Assembly (NCBI GenBank): GCA_046563655.1
Contig: CM102288.1
Location: 3,224,001-3,288,000 of the forward strand
Source: Yuukianura sp. NJ FZ-2021
Taxonomy: Eukaryota
Direction of reading: 5' to 3'
Length of the DNA stretch: 64,000 bases
Positions 62,601 through 64,000 of this stretch are shown here, piece after piece. The translations under genes were made by a program, and so were the position numbers. The stretch's first letter is position 1. Every line of letters begins with the position of its first letter. The notes beneath the pieces are model-generated. The model ran no database searches. It worked only from the letters and a program-made list of their open reading frames with translations, and was not told the DNA's origin.

Positions 62601-63928
62601 AGATTCCTCTCCTAAGAAATCAAAAATCAATTGAAGATTTTCTGAAAACTTTAAAAAAAATCAAAATTTTGAAATAGCTTACTCTATTAGAAATTCGCAA
62701 ACTTGAGCATCCGAAGCCCATGTACCAATTATCCTCTGGATTCTGCCGCGAAACTTTTCTCCAATGAAGGTTTTTGCTTGCTCATGTGTATGGATCTTGT
62801 CACGATGCAAATCTCGGAGCATATCGGTCACACTGCTTTTGAAAAACAGATCACCCTCGTACCCTGCCATGGCATTTGTGTATATGTACTCATCAGTGAC
62901 ATTGACTGTAGCTTTCAGAAGCATCATCAGTGGAACAAAGAACAGCTCCCGTCCGACATTGAACATGATTTTGACACTTCCGTCAGTCAAGTAATGCAGA
63001 ACGTTGTTAGTCGAAGTCCGGTCTTCACTGACACAGCGCATCAGAACTCCTTTGTCAGAGAAGTTCTTGCCACGACCTTCCCAACCAGAACGCTTGAGAA
63101 AAATTGGATAGTTGGCTCTTGTCATCAGCAACATTCGGATTAGTTTTTCGTGTCCTTTGGCAATAAAGTAGCCGCCGAATTCTGTGTCATGTTCACCACG
63201 AGCTACCAATTGGGCTGGAGATAAATTGTTGAGATTACACAGTCTTGACTGAAAGAAATTGAAAAATTCTAGCCGTTACTCAAATTACAACAGATTTTAG
63301 ATTAGTTGACTTACTCGCAGCATAACTGGTAAAGGCCCGAGGGATTTTTCGACTGACGGTTGTCGAATTCCGTTGATCCACCAGCTCAACGTGGCTACAA
63401 AATTTCCCTTGTAGGTCGTGTACCGTTGTCGACATTCCGTTGGATAAACTTTGAAATCCTTAGCACCAACAGTACCAGTTGGAACAGTGGGTGCAGACAG
63501 CACAGCTTCCTGCAATCAACACAAAATTCAACCATAACCTTGTCATTTCTTTGTAATTGTTTCCCGTGAAATACCGTGACACGAAGAGTAATTTTTTCTC
63601 CCGTTGGCAGTTCGAAATTCAGTGATGGGATGTCTTTAATGGCTTTCTGAAGGCCTTCAGTGACAGCCCAGTCGAAGGACTTGATATGTGGTGATCCAAA
63701 ATCTTCTAGAGCCTAAAATTAACATACAGGAAATGCCAAATTCCTTAACGTTTGAAAAATAAGTACTAGTCAACATTATAAGTGTCCAGAAATCTTAAAT
63801 CCCGAGTTTACCGGAATCGGTTGTTTGGGAATTGCTGCAAAATCTTTGGCTAAATTTGTGAGTCTTGGGTGTTCCGGTATTCCTTCCCAGAGTCCCCCTC
63901 CCTCTTTCTTTTTTCGCTTGGCACTCAT
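59671..63928 (-). CDS. POLR1B: DNA-directed RNA polymerase I second-largest subunit (RPA2/RPA135)
   Basis: [110 protein letters not shown] and a C-terminal Zn motif. Multi-exon, ATG at 63926-63928. Confidence 0.97.
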
Positions 63929-64000
63929 GTTACAGGGTTTAGAAAAACGTATTCGGTTAATTCAATAATTGATCAATTAACTTTCAATTAATTTTTACCA

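Overview
Eukaryotic, AT-rich, intron-containing DNA, most likely from an invertebrate (probably an arthropod; the species cannot be determined from the sequence). Gene order: a small hydrophobic protein gene (+, about 1.36-1.89 kb); a roughly 36 kb ERG/KCNH2 (seizure-type) potassium channel gene (+, 4368-39964) that keeps the N-terminal PAS/eag domain and carries several candidate alternative first coding exons in a 15.4 kb intron; SF3B4 (-); NECAP (+); a TPR membrane protein resembling TTC17 (-); cytochrome c (+); RhoBTB (-); a Tctex1-domain dynein light chain (-); POLR1B/RPA2 (-). Mobile DNA: a decayed Tc4/Tc5-like DNA transposon (207-bp TIRs, TAA duplication in a CTNAG target) whose TIRs contain a tRNA-like Pol III cassette; a 1.68 kb foldback element (8-bp duplication, 22-bp internal repeats) with two nested TA-flanked MITEs; and several small pogo/Tigger-like MITEs. 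The 12-mer TGACCTTTGACC is strongly over-represented and often lies next to splice sites. All exon boundaries were read by eye from GT/AG signals and frame continuity. Family names come from recalled motifs, not from database searches.
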